Positions 9,559-19,534 of a stretch of DNA of 64,000 nucleotides are shown in pieces. Every line of letters begins with the position of its first letter. Within the stretch, counting starts at the first letter, position 1. The notes beneath the pieces were generated by a model. The model did no database searches. It saw only the letters and a list, made by a program, of their open reading frames with translations, and was not told where the DNA came from. Made by a program: the position numbers and the translations under genes. This DNA is from an archaeon (GTDB lineage Archaea > Iainarchaeota > Iainarchaeia > Iainarchaeales > 1-14-0-10-31-34), in contig JBDRFE010000060.1 of NCBI GenBank assembly GCA_043819075.1, positions 780 through 64,779 on the forward strand. The letters run 5' to 3'.

Positions 9559-10647
9559 TTATTTTTTCTTTTTTTTTCTTTTCGGTTTCTCTAGCGCTTC
9601 GTTAAGCATTGTTCTTGCTTTCTTATAGCCTAATTCTCTTTCAAGGTCTGAAATTCTTTTGTTTCTGTCGTCAACGATTTTCTCGAATTGTTCAAGCAGT
9701 TTGCTTTTTTCTTTGAGTGAATCTTTTTCTAAAGCCATTTTTTCCCTTAACTCTGATTCAATTTCTTTTCTTGCAAGAATCTTTGATTCATTTAATTTAA
9801 GCAGTTCTTTTGAGTACTGGCTTCTCAGTGAAAGCGAATCAGACTCTATTTCCATTAACATCTGTTTTGCGTTATCTCTTTCAATTTTAAGCATTGAAAT
9901 TAATTCATTTCCTTTTGAGCTTAATTCAACAGCCAAGTTTTCTAGAACCTTGCTTTTAAGCCTTAATGCATTGAACTCTGAGTTAATTGAATCCATTTTT
10001 TTCCTGAAGTCCTCAAAATTTTTTTCAATTAATTCTGCTTCAGTTTCAATTTTTCTTGCACTTTCATTGAATTCTTTTTCTGTTTCAGCAATGCTTTTGT
10101 CGCCTAAAGAAACTGAAAGATTTTTTTCCCTTAATTTCTCGTATTTTTCTTTTAATTCACTTAATTCTTTTTCTTTTGACTGAAGCAGGGATAAAATGTT
10201 TTTTGCAGTGGCTTTTTCCTGTTCTGGTGTGATTCTTTCTCTTATTGCATGCAAGTGAACGCGTTCAACTGCAAACCTTGTTTTTAACAGCAAAGACATT
10301 ATTTTTTCTGAAACAAAAGCATATAATTCCGGGACTTCAGTGTGGTCTTTTAAATCAAAAGGCATTTCTTTTTTTGCTTCTTCTAATGCAACATTTCTTC
10401 TTAATGCAGTTAAAGTCTTGTTGTAAGCTGAAATTAAAGGCGTTAAATCAGGCGAGTCAACTGATGGCTCTGATTCAATTCTTTTATGCAGTTCTTCAAT
10501 TATTTCAGTTAATTCCTCTAATCTTGCAATGCTTTTGTTTAATGCATGCACAAAACTTTTTCTTGTATATTGTTTCCATTCACTGGAAGTAATGTCTTCG
10601 TGCAGTTCATTTAGCTTGTAAAGCAGGCTGTCAAGCATTTTTTCCAT
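9559..10647 (-). CDS. coiled-coil protein with Lys-rich tail
   Basis: Long heptad-like E/K/L-rich sequence, C-terminal KKKKK. Confidence 0.4.
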   Translation of the reverse strand: MEKMLDSLLYKLNELHEDITSSEWKQYTRKSFVHALNKSIARLEELTEIIEELHKRIESEPSVDSPDLTPLISAYNKTLTALRRNVALEEAKKEMPFDLKDHTEVPELYAFVSEKIMSLLLKTRFAVERVHLHAIRERITPEQEKATAKNILSLLQSKEKELSELKEKYEKLREKNLSVSLGDKSIAETEKEFNESARKIETEAELIEKNFEDFRKKMDSINSEFNALRLKSKVLENLAVELSSKGNELISMLKIERDNAKQMLMEIESDSLSLRSQYSKELLKLNESKILARKEIESELREKMALEKDSLKEKSKLLEQFEKIVDDRNKRISDLERELGYKKARTMLNEALEKPKRKKKKK

Positions 10648-10709
10648 GTTATCTGTTATTTATTGGATGCTTCTGATTTATATTTTTATTTGATTTTTAC
10701 TATCTATTA

Positions 10710-11696
10710 ATGGTTAAGATAAAGCATTCTAAAGGAATTTTGTTTGAAGACGTGTTAATTGACCCGTCAGCTGTTTCATCAAAAAAGAATAACTTCATTA
10801 TAACTCATGCGCATTCAGATCACGCTAAAGTATCAAAGTCAAAGGAAAAAACTTTTTTTATGACTTCTGAAACAAAGGCGTTGCTTGAGTCAAGGAATTC
10901 AAAAGCATTTAATTCAGCTGAAATTCCTTTCAAAAAAAAGTTTGTAATTGAAGGAAACGATTTTTGTTTTTTCAGTTCAGGGCATATTCTTGGAAGCTCT
11001 CAGATTCAGGTGAATTCAGGGGAAACAGTTTTTACTTCTGATTTCAAGTTACAGGATTCTGTTTTGTTTAAGGGAGCTGAAGTGCTTGAAGCTGAAACCC
11101 TTGTAATTGAATCAACTTTCGGCCTGCCGGAATACGTTTTTCCTGAAAGAAAAAAAGTTTACTCTGAAATAGAATCCTGGGGAAAAAAAGAATTAAAAGA
11201 AAACAACCTGCTTCTTTTCGGGGGATACAGCATCGGCAAGGCACAGGAATTAACCAAAATTTCAAACGAGTTTTTGGATGAAATTCCTTTAGTGCATGAA
11301 AGTGTTTTTGCTTCAAACAAGGTTTACAAAGAAAAAGGGGTTTCGCTTGGAAAATTTGAATTGCTTGACCATAACTTAAAGGAATTTAATTTATTGATTC
11401 TGCCGCCGCATTTAATTAATCCTGATTTGGTTAAGGCTTTAGAGATTTCTTCCGGAAGAAAAGTTGTTCCTGCTTTTTTTTCCGGGTGGAATTCTTTTCG
11501 TAATGCAAAAAGCTTTCCTTTGTCTGACCACGCTGACTTCAGCCAGCTGTTAAAGTACATTGAATTATCTGGTGCAAAAAATGTTTTGACTCATCATGGT
11601 TTTGCAGGAGAGTTTGCTTCTGCTGTCAGGAGAAAACTGGGCGTTAATGCAAGGCCGTTGGATGAAAAAGGCCAGAGCAGTCTGCTGGATTTCTGA
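10710..11696 (+). CDS. MBL-fold beta-CASP family nuclease
   Basis: HAHSDH motif, SDHAD motif and C-terminal HHG. Confidence 0.55.
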   Translation: MVKIKHSKGILFEDVLIDPSAVSSKKNNFIITHAHSDHAKVSKSKEKTFFMTSETKALLESRNSKAFNSAEIPFKKKFVIEGNDFCFFSSGHILGSSQIQVNSGETVFTSDFKLQDSVLFKGAEVLEAETLVIESTFGLPEYVFPERKKVYSEIESWGKKELKENNLLLFGGYSIGKAQELTKISNEFLDEIPLVHESVFASNKVYKEKGVSLGKFELLDHNLKEFNLLILPPHLINPDLVKALEISSGRKVVPAFFSGWNSFRNAKSFPLSDHADFSQLLKYIELSGAKNVLTHHGFAGEFASAVRRKLGVNARPLDEKGQSSLLDF

Positions 11697-11768
11697 TAAA
11701 AAAACTGTTTTTTTAAGCAAATAATTAAGTATTCTTTTGCTGTAATCATTATTGTTTTGGTGCATTAA

Positions 11769-12944
11769 ATGATTGACTCAAACCTGTTGTTGTTTTTTGT
11801 CGTAATTCTTGTAGCTTTTGTTTTCGGGGAAATTTTTTACAGGTTTAACCTTCCAAGGTCAATAGGCCAGATTCTTGCCGGATTAGTTTTGGGTCTGCCT
11901 TTTTACAGCGGTTTTTTTTCTTTGGAAAACAATCCAATGATTTTGCTTTTGTCAGAGCTTGGAATAATTTTTTTGTTAATTTTGACTGGTTTGGAGATTG
12001 ACCTGAAAAGAATAAGGGAGTGCTCAAAGGATGTCTTGCTGATTGCAGTTTTTTCTGTTTTGATTCCGTTTGTTTTGGGTTTTGTTTTTGTTTTTGTTGT
12101 CTGGAAGTCACTTATTTTTGCTTTTATTGTGGGTGCTGCTTTGTCTGTTACTTCTGAGGCAACCAAGTCAATTGTTTTAATGCAAAAAAACGTTTTGCAG
12201 ACAAAACTTGGGGAAACAATGGTGCTGGCAGGAGCAGTTGATGACATTTTTGAACTGCTGTTTTTGTCTGTATTGCTTGTTTTTGTAGGAGAAAATTCAG
12301 GCCAGAACCTTGTTTTTTTTCCTTTTGAAGTAATAGGCTTTTTTGTTGCAGTGTTTATTGCCTTAAAGCTTCTTCCAAGGATTATTGGCTTGTTCAAGCA
12401 GGACAGTGATGACGGTTATTTTACCCTGGCTTTGCTTGTTGCATTAGGGCTTGCTTTCCTTTCCAGCATGCTTTCTTTGGGAACAATTATCGGGGCATTA
12501 ATTGCAGGGCTTTTATTGCAGAAGGCAATTAAGTCAGAGCAGACAGAGCATGCAATAGAAAATCATTTAAGAGTGCTCACTTTTGCATTAGTCATTCCTT
12601 TTTTTCATTTGCACATTGGCCTGATGTTTGATGCAGGAAGCATTGTATTGTATCCTTTTGTTATGCTGGCTATATTGTTTATTGCTTTTGCAGGAAAAAT
12701 GGCTGGTGCATTGATTGTAAAACCTTTTTCTTCCCTTGAATTAAAGCAGTTAATGCTTGTTGGCTGGGGAATGAATTCAAGGGGTTTTATGGAATTAGTA
12801 ATGCTTGCAGTTGTAATGAAGCAGGCAATTGGTTTCCCTGTTGAACTTTATTCTGCAATTGTTTTCATGACAATTGTCACTACAATTGCTTTTCCCCTGG
12901 CATTGAATTATTACCTGAAAAAATATCCTTATATAATGCATTAA
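11769..12944 (+). CDS. cation:proton antiporter (CPA/KefB-like)
   Basis: About 11 TM helices, Na+/H+ exchanger-like composition. Confidence 0.65.
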   Translation: MIDSNLLLFFVVILVAFVFGEIFYRFNLPRSIGQILAGLVLGLPFYSGFFSLENNPMILLLSELGIIFLLILTGLEIDLKRIRECSKDVLLIAVFSVLIPFVLGFVFVFVVWKSLIFAFIVGAALSVTSEATKSIVLMQKNVLQTKLGETMVLAGAVDDIFELLFLSVLLVFVGENSGQNLVFFPFEVIGFFVAVFIALKLLPRIIGLFKQDSDDGYFTLALLVALGLAFLSSMLSLGTIIGALIAGLLLQKAIKSEQTEHAIENHLRVLTFALVIPFFHLHIGLMFDAGSIVLYPFVMLAILFIAFAGKMAGALIVKPFSSLELKQLMLVGWGMNSRGFMELVMLAVVMKQAIGFPVELYSAIVFMTIVTTIAFPLALNYYLKKYPYIMH

Positions 12945-12962
12945 CTGCGTTTAATAATTTTT

Positions 12963-13679
12963 TTGCAGTTCATTTTTTTTGTGAAGCCAGAAAAATTGTT
13001 TGAAAAACTTTTGAATGTTTACGGAAAGCAGTTTTGGTGGCCTGTAACAGATGAAAGGAAAATAAAACCTGAATACAAGAAAAGAAAAACTCTTTCGGAA
13101 AAACAAAAACTTGAAACCTGTTTTGGCGCAATTTTAGCGCAGAACACTTCGTGGAAGAACGTGGAAAAAGCGGTAATTCAGCTGAATAAAAAAAACTTAA
13201 TTGACGCAGAAAAAATCCTGAAAATAAAAAAAGAAAAGCTTGCCGGAACAATTAAATCCGCAGGATACTTTAACCAGAAAGCAGTTTACCTGAAAGAATT
13301 CTGTTTGCATTTAAAAAAATACGATTATTCGCTTGCTTATTTTTTTTCTTCAGGCAATCTCAGAGCACAACTTTTATCAATCAAGGGAATCGGCAAAGAA
13401 ACCGCTGACTCAATTCTGCTTTATTCAGCTGGAAAGCCTTTTTTTGTAGTTGATGCTTACACTAAAAGAATTATTTCAAGGCTTGAAGGAACAAAAGAAA
13501 AATCTTATGAAGAACTGCAGAATTACTTTTACATTAATCTGAAAAAAGATTCGTTTTTGTTCAATGAATTTCATGCCTTGTTTGTAGAGCATGCAAAAAA
13601 TTTCTGCAGGAAAAAGCCTTTATGCAAAAACTGTTTTCTAAAGAAAGAATGTGTTTTTGGAAAAAGCAATTCATTTTAA
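12963..13679 (+). CDS. nth: endonuclease III-like DNA glycosylase (HhH-GPD, 4Fe-4S)
   Basis: HhH motif IKGIGKETADSIL; C-terminal C-x6-C-x2-C-x5-C cluster. Confidence 0.7.
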   Translation: MQFIFFVKPEKLFEKLLNVYGKQFWWPVTDERKIKPEYKKRKTLSEKQKLETCFGAILAQNTSWKNVEKAVIQLNKKNLIDAEKILKIKKEKLAGTIKSAGYFNQKAVYLKEFCLHLKKYDYSLAYFFSSGNLRAQLLSIKGIGKETADSILLYSAGKPFFVVDAYTKRIISRLEGTKEKSYEELQNYFYINLKKDSFLFNEFHALFVEHAKNFCRKKPLCKNCFLKKECVFGKSNSF

Positions 13680-13718
13680 ATTTAAAACTTCATATAATTA
13701 GAAGAGTAAAGTGGTTTT

Positions 13719-15101
13719 ATGCAGAGAACTCATTATTGCGGGGAATTAAGGGAAACAGATGAAGGCAAAAAAGTTGTCTTAGAAGGCTGGATTCATTCAA
13801 TTCGACAGCAGAAAAAGTTTGCTTTCGTTGATTTAAGGGACAGGACCGGCTTCACCCAGGTTTTTGTTTCAAAAAAAGAAAAAAAAACAGAAGACCTTGT
13901 GGATTCTTTTGGAAACGAATTTGTTTTAAGGGTTAAAGGTACAGTAAAAAAAAGGCCTGACCCAAACCCAAAAATTGCAACAGGAAAAATAGAGGTTACA
14001 GCAGAAGAAATAGAAATTTTAAATGCTTCAAATCCAGTTCCTTTTAGCATAGAAGAAGAAGTAAAAGCAAACGAAGACACTCGGTTAAAATACAGGTACT
14101 TGGATTTGAGAAGAGAAAAAATGTATTCAAATCTTTTGTTAAGGCATAAAGTAATCAAATCCATCAGGGATTTTTTTGATTCAAAAGGGTTTCTTGAAAT
14201 TGAAACTCCAATTTTATCCAAAAGCACTCCAGAGGGAGCAAGAGACTACCTTGTTCCAAGCAGGAAAAACAAGGGAAGCTTTTTTGCTTTGCCTCAGAGC
14301 CCACAATTGTATAAACAACTGTTAATGGTTTCAGGCATTGACAAGTATTTTCAGATAGCAAAATGCTTCCGAGATGAAGATTTAAGGGGAGACAGGCAGC
14401 CAGAATTTACGCAATTGGATTTGGAAATGAGTTTTGTTGAAGAAGAAGATGTTTTTGTCTTGCTTGAAAAAATGATGCAATTTGTTTTTGAAAATGCATT
14501 AAACGAAAAAATTTCCATTCCTTTTCCTAGAATGACTTACGCTGAATCAATGAAAAAATACAAAACAGACAAGCCTGATACAAGAACTGAAACCGGCTTA
14601 AAGAATTCTTTTTTGTGGGTAACAGATTTTCCTTTGTTTGAATTAAATGAAGAAAAAGAAATTGTGCCATGCCATCATCCTTTCACCCAATTCAATAAAG
14701 ACGATGAAAAACTTTTTGATTCAAAGAACAAAAAAGATTTGCTGTCAATTCGAAGCCGTTCCTATGATTTAGTGTTAAACGGAACAGAATTAGGAAGCGG
14801 GTCAATCAGGGTTCATGACAGGAAAACCCAGCAAAAAATATTTGATTTTCTTGGAATAAACGAAAAGCAGGCAAAAGAAAAATTCGGTTTTTTATTGGAA
14901 GCATTCCAGTTTGGCGCTCCGCCTCACGGAGGCTTTGCAATTGGGTTGGACAGGCTGATAATGATTTTAACTGAAAGCCCTTCAATCAGGGAAGTGATTG
15001 CTTTCCCGAAAAACAAGAACTGTAATGCTTTGCTTGAGAATGCGCCAGGCGAAATCTCAAAAAAACAGCTGGATGAATTAAGCCTGCAGCTGAAAAAATA
15101 A
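13719..15101 (+). CDS. aspS: aspartyl-tRNA synthetase (archaeal type)
   Basis: N-terminal OB fold plus class II motifs (FRDEDLRGDRQPEFTQLD; GAPPHGGFAIGLDRL). Confidence 0.9.
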   Translation: MQRTHYCGELRETDEGKKVVLEGWIHSIRQQKKFAFVDLRDRTGFTQVFVSKKEKKTEDLVDSFGNEFVLRVKGTVKKRPDPNPKIATGKIEVTAEEIEILNASNPVPFSIEEEVKANEDTRLKYRYLDLRREKMYSNLLLRHKVIKSIRDFFDSKGFLEIETPILSKSTPEGARDYLVPSRKNKGSFFALPQSPQLYKQLLMVSGIDKYFQIAKCFRDEDLRGDRQPEFTQLDLEMSFVEEEDVFVLLEKMMQFVFENALNEKISIPFPRMTYAESMKKYKTDKPDTRTETGLKNSFLWVTDFPLFELNEEKEIVPCHHPFTQFNKDDEKLFDSKNKKDLLSIRSRSYDLVLNGTELGSGSIRVHDRKTQQKIFDFLGINEKQAKEKFGFLLEAFQFGAPPHGGFAIGLDRLIMILTESPSIREVIAFPKNKNCNALLENAPGEISKKQLDELSLQLKK

Positions 15102-15151
15102 AAAAAAAGAATCAGAAAAAAATTCATGTTTTAAGGCAAAGGATTAAAGCA

Positions 15152-15589
15152 TTAGTTTATTTCCTCTAATACAATCATTGTGGTTGTCTTGTCGATTCCT
15201 TCAATATTCCTTAATTCTTTTGTAATGAATTTGTTTAGCTGCTGGACATTTTTTGTTCTCACTTTAATCAGCAAATCAAATTCTCCTGTAATTATGTCAA
15301 CTGTTTCAACAAAGCCTAAATGCAGTATTTTTTTTGCGATTTCCTGCTGTGAAACACTGTGCTTTACATTATAGTTGACTAATGCAAGAATGTAAGCGCA
15401 CAAGCTGAAGCCAAGCTTAGAGTAATCAATTTCAACAGAATAATTTTTTATTATTCCTTCTTTCTGCATTTTTTTTATTCTGTTGTGTGCGGTTGTTAAA
15501 GGAATCCCTGCTTTTTTTGCTATTTCCCTTAAGGAAAGCCTGCTGTTTTTCTTCAGAAACTCGAGAATTTGTTCACTTTTATCCTGCAT
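15152..15589 (-). CDS. Lrp/AsnC family transcriptional regulator
   Basis: N-terminal HTH (SLREIAKKAGIPLTTAHNRIKKM) plus RAM domain. Confidence 0.85.
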   Translation of the reverse strand: MQDKSEQILEFLKKNSRLSLREIAKKAGIPLTTAHNRIKKMQKEGIIKNYSVEIDYSKLGFSLCAYILALVNYNVKHSVSQQEIAKKILHLGFVETVDIITGEFDLLIKVRTKNVQQLNKFITKELRNIEGIDKTTTMIVLEEIN

Positions 15590-15703
15590 AATGGAAAATT
15601 ATTCCAAAAAGCATTTAAATTATTGTATTTTTTTGTATTTTTTCCCCTTTTTTCTGGATTTTATTTAAATACTTCTTCTGATGCGTTTATTTCAGGTGAT
15701 GCA

Positions 15704-16621
15704 ATGCATGAAACAATAAAGCATTTAATGAAGCCTGAATTAAGGCAGATAATGAAAATACAGTCAGCTGCATTAAAATCAGTTGATTCTTTTTTGTATT
15801 CAATGGGGCTGCTTCATTTAATGCCTGTGGTTCTTTCCCCTGTGACTGATCCTTTAAGCCATTCAGTTTATGATTCTTCAGTTGATTATTTAGGGCAGAA
15901 ACTTCAGCTGACTAAAAGCATGATTTTGCACAAGCAGTTAGCTTTAATGGCTGACTCTGTTCCTGGAATCTATATTGTTTCGCCTAACGTCAGACTTGAA
16001 TTCAGTGACAAGGCTTTAACCGGAAGGCATTTGATTGAGTTCTCTCAGGTTGACATTGAATTGTCTGGTGCTAGTTCAAGGCAGTTCATGGATTTTACAG
16101 AAGAATTATTTGCTTATGTTTTTTCTTTTGTAAAACAGGAATGCAGCAAAGAATTAAGCGAGCTTGGAAGAGATATTCCGCTTTCAGCAAAGCCTTTCAA
16201 AGTGTTTGATTCAGTTAAGCTCTTGGATAAATTCGGCGAAGACTTTGAGCAAATTGTTTCAGAAAAAGAAAAACAGCCTTTTTGGATAACAGATTATTAT
16301 AGGGAATTCTATGACAGGCAGGACAAAAAAACAGGAAAGCACTTTAACTATGATTTAGTGTATCCTGAAGGCTTTGGAGAAGCGCTTTCAGGCGGGGAAA
16401 GAGAATTTGAGTTTGATGTAATCAAAAAGAAATTGGCTGAAAGAAAAACAGAGTTTTCTTCTCTTGCCCCTTATCTTGAAATAGCTGAAAAAGGGCTTCT
16501 TAAGCCGACTGCAGGAGGGGGCTTTGGGGTTGAAAGGCTTGTAAGATTTCTTTCAGGAAAACAGCATATCAGGGATGTTACCTTGTTTCCAAGAATTCCG
16601 GGGGAAAAAATCGTTATCTGA
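15704..16621 (+). CDS. AsnA-like aspartate-ammonia ligase / class II aaRS catalytic-core paralog
   Basis: Class II core motifs (GGGFGVERLVRFL) without an anticodon-binding domain; start taken at ATG 15704, since the longer ORF begins inside Lrp. Confidence 0.5.
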   Translation: MHETIKHLMKPELRQIMKIQSAALKSVDSFLYSMGLLHLMPVVLSPVTDPLSHSVYDSSVDYLGQKLQLTKSMILHKQLALMADSVPGIYIVSPNVRLEFSDKALTGRHLIEFSQVDIELSGASSRQFMDFTEELFAYVFSFVKQECSKELSELGRDIPLSAKPFKVFDSVKLLDKFGEDFEQIVSEKEKQPFWITDYYREFYDRQDKKTGKHFNYDLVYPEGFGEALSGGEREFEFDVIKKKLAERKTEFSSLAPYLEIAEKGLLKPTAGGGFGVERLVRFLSGKQHIRDVTLFPRIPGEKIVI

Positions 16622-16673
16622 TTTTTCAATTCCTTTAAATTTTTTTCTTTGCAGGAATTAATGAAGTGATGCA

Positions 16674-17963
16674 ATGAAAGGCTTTATTTCAATTAAAGAA
16701 GCGTTTGAAAAAAAAGGCGAAGTTTCTGTCAGAGGCTGGATTAAACGAAAAAGGGAATTAAAGGACAAAGTATTTGTTTTGCTGAGAGACCCTTCAGGCG
16801 AAATCCAGTGTGTGATTGAACCTGAAAAAATTGGCAAAAAAGAGGCAGAAAAATTAAGTGCTTCTGGAATAGAGGCTTCAGTTGAATTGTCTGGTCTATT
16901 AAAAGAGGATTCAAGGGCTCCGAATGGATTTGAGTTAATTGTTCAGGAAGCAAAATTAGTTGGGGAAAGCATTAATTTTCCGATTCAAAAAGACTTAAGC
17001 GAAGAATTTCTGCTGGATGTAAGGCATTTGTGGATTAGAAGCACTAAAATGCAGGCAATAATGAAAATCCGTTCTACTGTATTGTATGCTGTAAGGGAAT
17101 TTTACAAAAAAGAAGGCTATTTTGAATGCAGTCCAGCAATTATTACCCCAAACGCTTGTGAAGGCGGAACAACATTGTTTCCTTTTGATTATTTTGGGGA
17201 AAAAAGGTTTTTGTCGCAGAGCGGGCAGATGTATCTTGAAGTATTAATTTTTTCTTTGGGAAAAGTTTTTGGCTTAACTCCTTCTTTTCGGGCAGAAAAA
17301 TCCAAGACTGCAAGGCATTTAACTGAATACTGGCATTTGGAAGGCGAATGCGCGTGGATGACAATGGAAGACCAAATGCATGAAATAGAAAAAATGGTTT
17401 CATTCATTTGCAACAAGGTTGCAGTAGAAAACCCGGAAGAATTAAAGGCATTGGGAAGAGACCCTGAAGACATGAAAGCAATCAGAGCGCCTTTTGCAAG
17501 AATTTCTTATGACGAGGCATTAGATGTTTTGTCTCAAAAATACAAAAATAAAATTCCGTGGGGGTCTGACTTAAGCATTAAAGAAGAAAAAGTTTTATCT
17601 GAAGACGAAAAAATTCCTTTCTTTATTTTTGGCTATCCTACTGCAATAAAAGCTTTTTATGCAAAAGAAATGCCTGACCCAAAAAAATGCTTTAGCTTTG
17701 ATTTAATTGGCCCAGAAGGTTATGGAGAATTATGCACCGGAGGCCAAAGAGAAGACTTAAACTCTAATATGCTGAAAAAATTAAAGAAAGAAAAAATTCC
17801 TTTGAAAAACTATGAATGGTATCTTGATTTAAGAAAATATGGAAGCGTTCCTCATTCAGGTTTTGGAATTGGTATTGAAAGATTGCTTAGATGGATTTGC
17901 AAGCTGGATTCAATCAAGGATACAATTCCTTTTCCAAGAACAATAAACAGAAGCTATCCTTAA
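16674..17963 (+). CDS. asnS: asparaginyl-tRNA synthetase
   Basis: AsnRS-type N-terminal OB fold and class II motifs (GSVPHSGFGIGIERLL). Confidence 0.85.
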   Translation: MKGFISIKEAFEKKGEVSVRGWIKRKRELKDKVFVLLRDPSGEIQCVIEPEKIGKKEAEKLSASGIEASVELSGLLKEDSRAPNGFELIVQEAKLVGESINFPIQKDLSEEFLLDVRHLWIRSTKMQAIMKIRSTVLYAVREFYKKEGYFECSPAIITPNACEGGTTLFPFDYFGEKRFLSQSGQMYLEVLIFSLGKVFGLTPSFRAEKSKTARHLTEYWHLEGECAWMTMEDQMHEIEKMVSFICNKVAVENPEELKALGRDPEDMKAIRAPFARISYDEALDVLSQKYKNKIPWGSDLSIKEEKVLSEDEKIPFFIFGYPTAIKAFYAKEMPDPKKCFSFDLIGPEGYGELCTGGQREDLNSNMLKKLKKEKIPLKNYEWYLDLRKYGSVPHSGFGIGIERLLRWICKLDSIKDTIPFPRTINRSYP

Positions 17964-18511
17964 TCTTCTCTTCCAGAAAGATGCCGCATGTTTTGCTGGA
18001 TTTTGCTGATTTCTTTAACTCTTCTTTGTTTTGCTCTGTCATTTCCTCTAGTTTTCATGTCTTCGTTGATTCCGCTTCCAACTGTTTTGGTCAGTATTTT
18101 CTTGAGTTTTTCCATTTCAGGTTTTTTTATTGCCCCGGAATAATACTTGTAAATCAAATCAAATAATTCCCTGTACTTGGCAGGGTTTTTCATTAAATAC
18201 TTTCTTATCCCGGAAGACTTTAACAAATAAGATGGAAAAACCCCTTGCTGGAGTTCATACATTATTCTCTGCAATTCCATTTGGTTTTTTGGTTTCAGGC
18301 GCATTCCAGAAACATTTACTTCTTCCATGTGTTTCAGCATTACAGCCATTTCTGCTTCTCTTTCCATTGCCTGCTGGTATCTTCCTTCTAGTTCAGCTTT
18401 TTTTCTCTGAATTTCCCCTGTAATTTTTTTTCTTATAGCTCCTGCAAATAATCCTCCAACAGTCTGTTTTTTTGCATGGCGTTCAGGCATTCTTGTTTTT
18501 CGCGCTGGCAT
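17960..18511 (-). CDS. hypothetical basic protein
   Basis: ORF only; 4-nt overlap with asnS stop. Confidence 0.3.
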   Translation of the reverse strand: MPARKTRMPERHAKKQTVGGLFAGAIRKKITGEIQRKKAELEGRYQQAMEREAEMAVMLKHMEEVNVSGMRLKPKNQMELQRIMYELQQGVFPSYLLKSSGIRKYLMKNPAKYRELFDLIYKYYSGAIKKPEMEKLKKILTKTVGSGINEDMKTRGNDRAKQRRVKEISKIQQNMRHLSGRED

Positions 18512-18645
18512 GAAATAATTTTTTGCCTGAAAAGCATTTTAAGATAACTGTTTCTGCAAAAAACTTTTTTTTTCATAAAATTTATGAAAAAACACTTTTT
18601 TTTTGCAAGAGCTTAAAAAAAGTTTCCTTCTAGTTTGTATTAATT

Positions 18646-19530
18646 ATGTTTCTTGAAGAGCATTTGGATGGAATTGACGACGGAATAAAAAGCATTATAC
18701 TTAATGTTGCCGAAAAATCAAAGGAAATCCAGAAAGCATTTTTTTCCCACAACAAATTAGCTGGCTCGAAAAACATTTACAATGAACATCAGCTGGAAAT
18801 AGATAAGTGGGCTGATGCTTTAATCCTTAATGCAATGGAAGAATCAAAGATAGTAAGGAATCTTGTCTCTGAAGAACAGTCTGAAATAATTGAAATAGTT
18901 AAGTCTGAAGGAGAATTTGGGGTAGTAGTTGACCCCTTAGATGGAATAAGCTGTGTTAAATCAAACCTTGCAGTTGGAACTATTCTTGGAATATTCAATG
19001 AAGGCAATGTAATGGAAAAAGGAAAAAAAATGGATGCAGCAATGTATGTTTTGTATGGCCCTTTAACCAGTTTAGTTTACACTGCAAAAAACGGAGTCCA
19101 TGAATTTGTTTTAGGCCCAAAAAACAAGTTTGAGTTAAAGGCTGAAGACATTAAGATTCCAAACGGAACAATTTATTCGCCTTCAGGCTTTAGAAGCGAG
19201 TGGAGCAGAAAATATTCTGGTTTCATTGAAGAACTTGAAAAACAAAAGTATAAATTAAGGTTAAGCGGTTCTTTTACTGCAGACTTCCAGCAAATCCTTT
19301 CTTTTGGAGGAATTTTTTGTTATCCTTCAACTAAATCAATGCCTGAAGGAAAACTAAGATTATTATTTGAATGCAATCCAATTGCTTTTATTGCAAAAAA
19401 TGCCGGAGGAGATTCTTCTGACGGAAAGCAATGCATTCTGGAAATAAAGCCTGAAAAAATTTCACAGAGAACCCCGATTTTTGTCGGCGGAAAAAAAGAA
19501 GTTGAATTAGCAGAAAAAATGTTAAGGTGA
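18646..19530 (+). CDS. fbp: fructose-1,6-bisphosphatase class I / IMPase family
   Basis: VVDPLDGISCVKSNLAVGTILGIF matches FBPase-I DPLDGSSN...VGTIFSI. Confidence 0.7.
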   Translation: MFLEEHLDGIDDGIKSIILNVAEKSKEIQKAFFSHNKLAGSKNIYNEHQLEIDKWADALILNAMEESKIVRNLVSEEQSEIIEIVKSEGEFGVVVDPLDGISCVKSNLAVGTILGIFNEGNVMEKGKKMDAAMYVLYGPLTSLVYTAKNGVHEFVLGPKNKFELKAEDIKIPNGTIYSPSGFRSEWSRKYSGFIEELEKQKYKLRLSGSFTADFQQILSFGGIFCYPSTKSMPEGKLRLLFECNPIAFIAKNAGGDSSDGKQCILEIKPEKISQRTPIFVGGKKEVELAEKMLR

Positions 19531-19534
19531 TTAA

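Noticed and set aside
15569-15703. Hydrophobic N-terminal extension of the AsnA-like protein
   Set aside because: It starts inside the Lrp gene and promoter region; ATG 15704 fits the class II core start.
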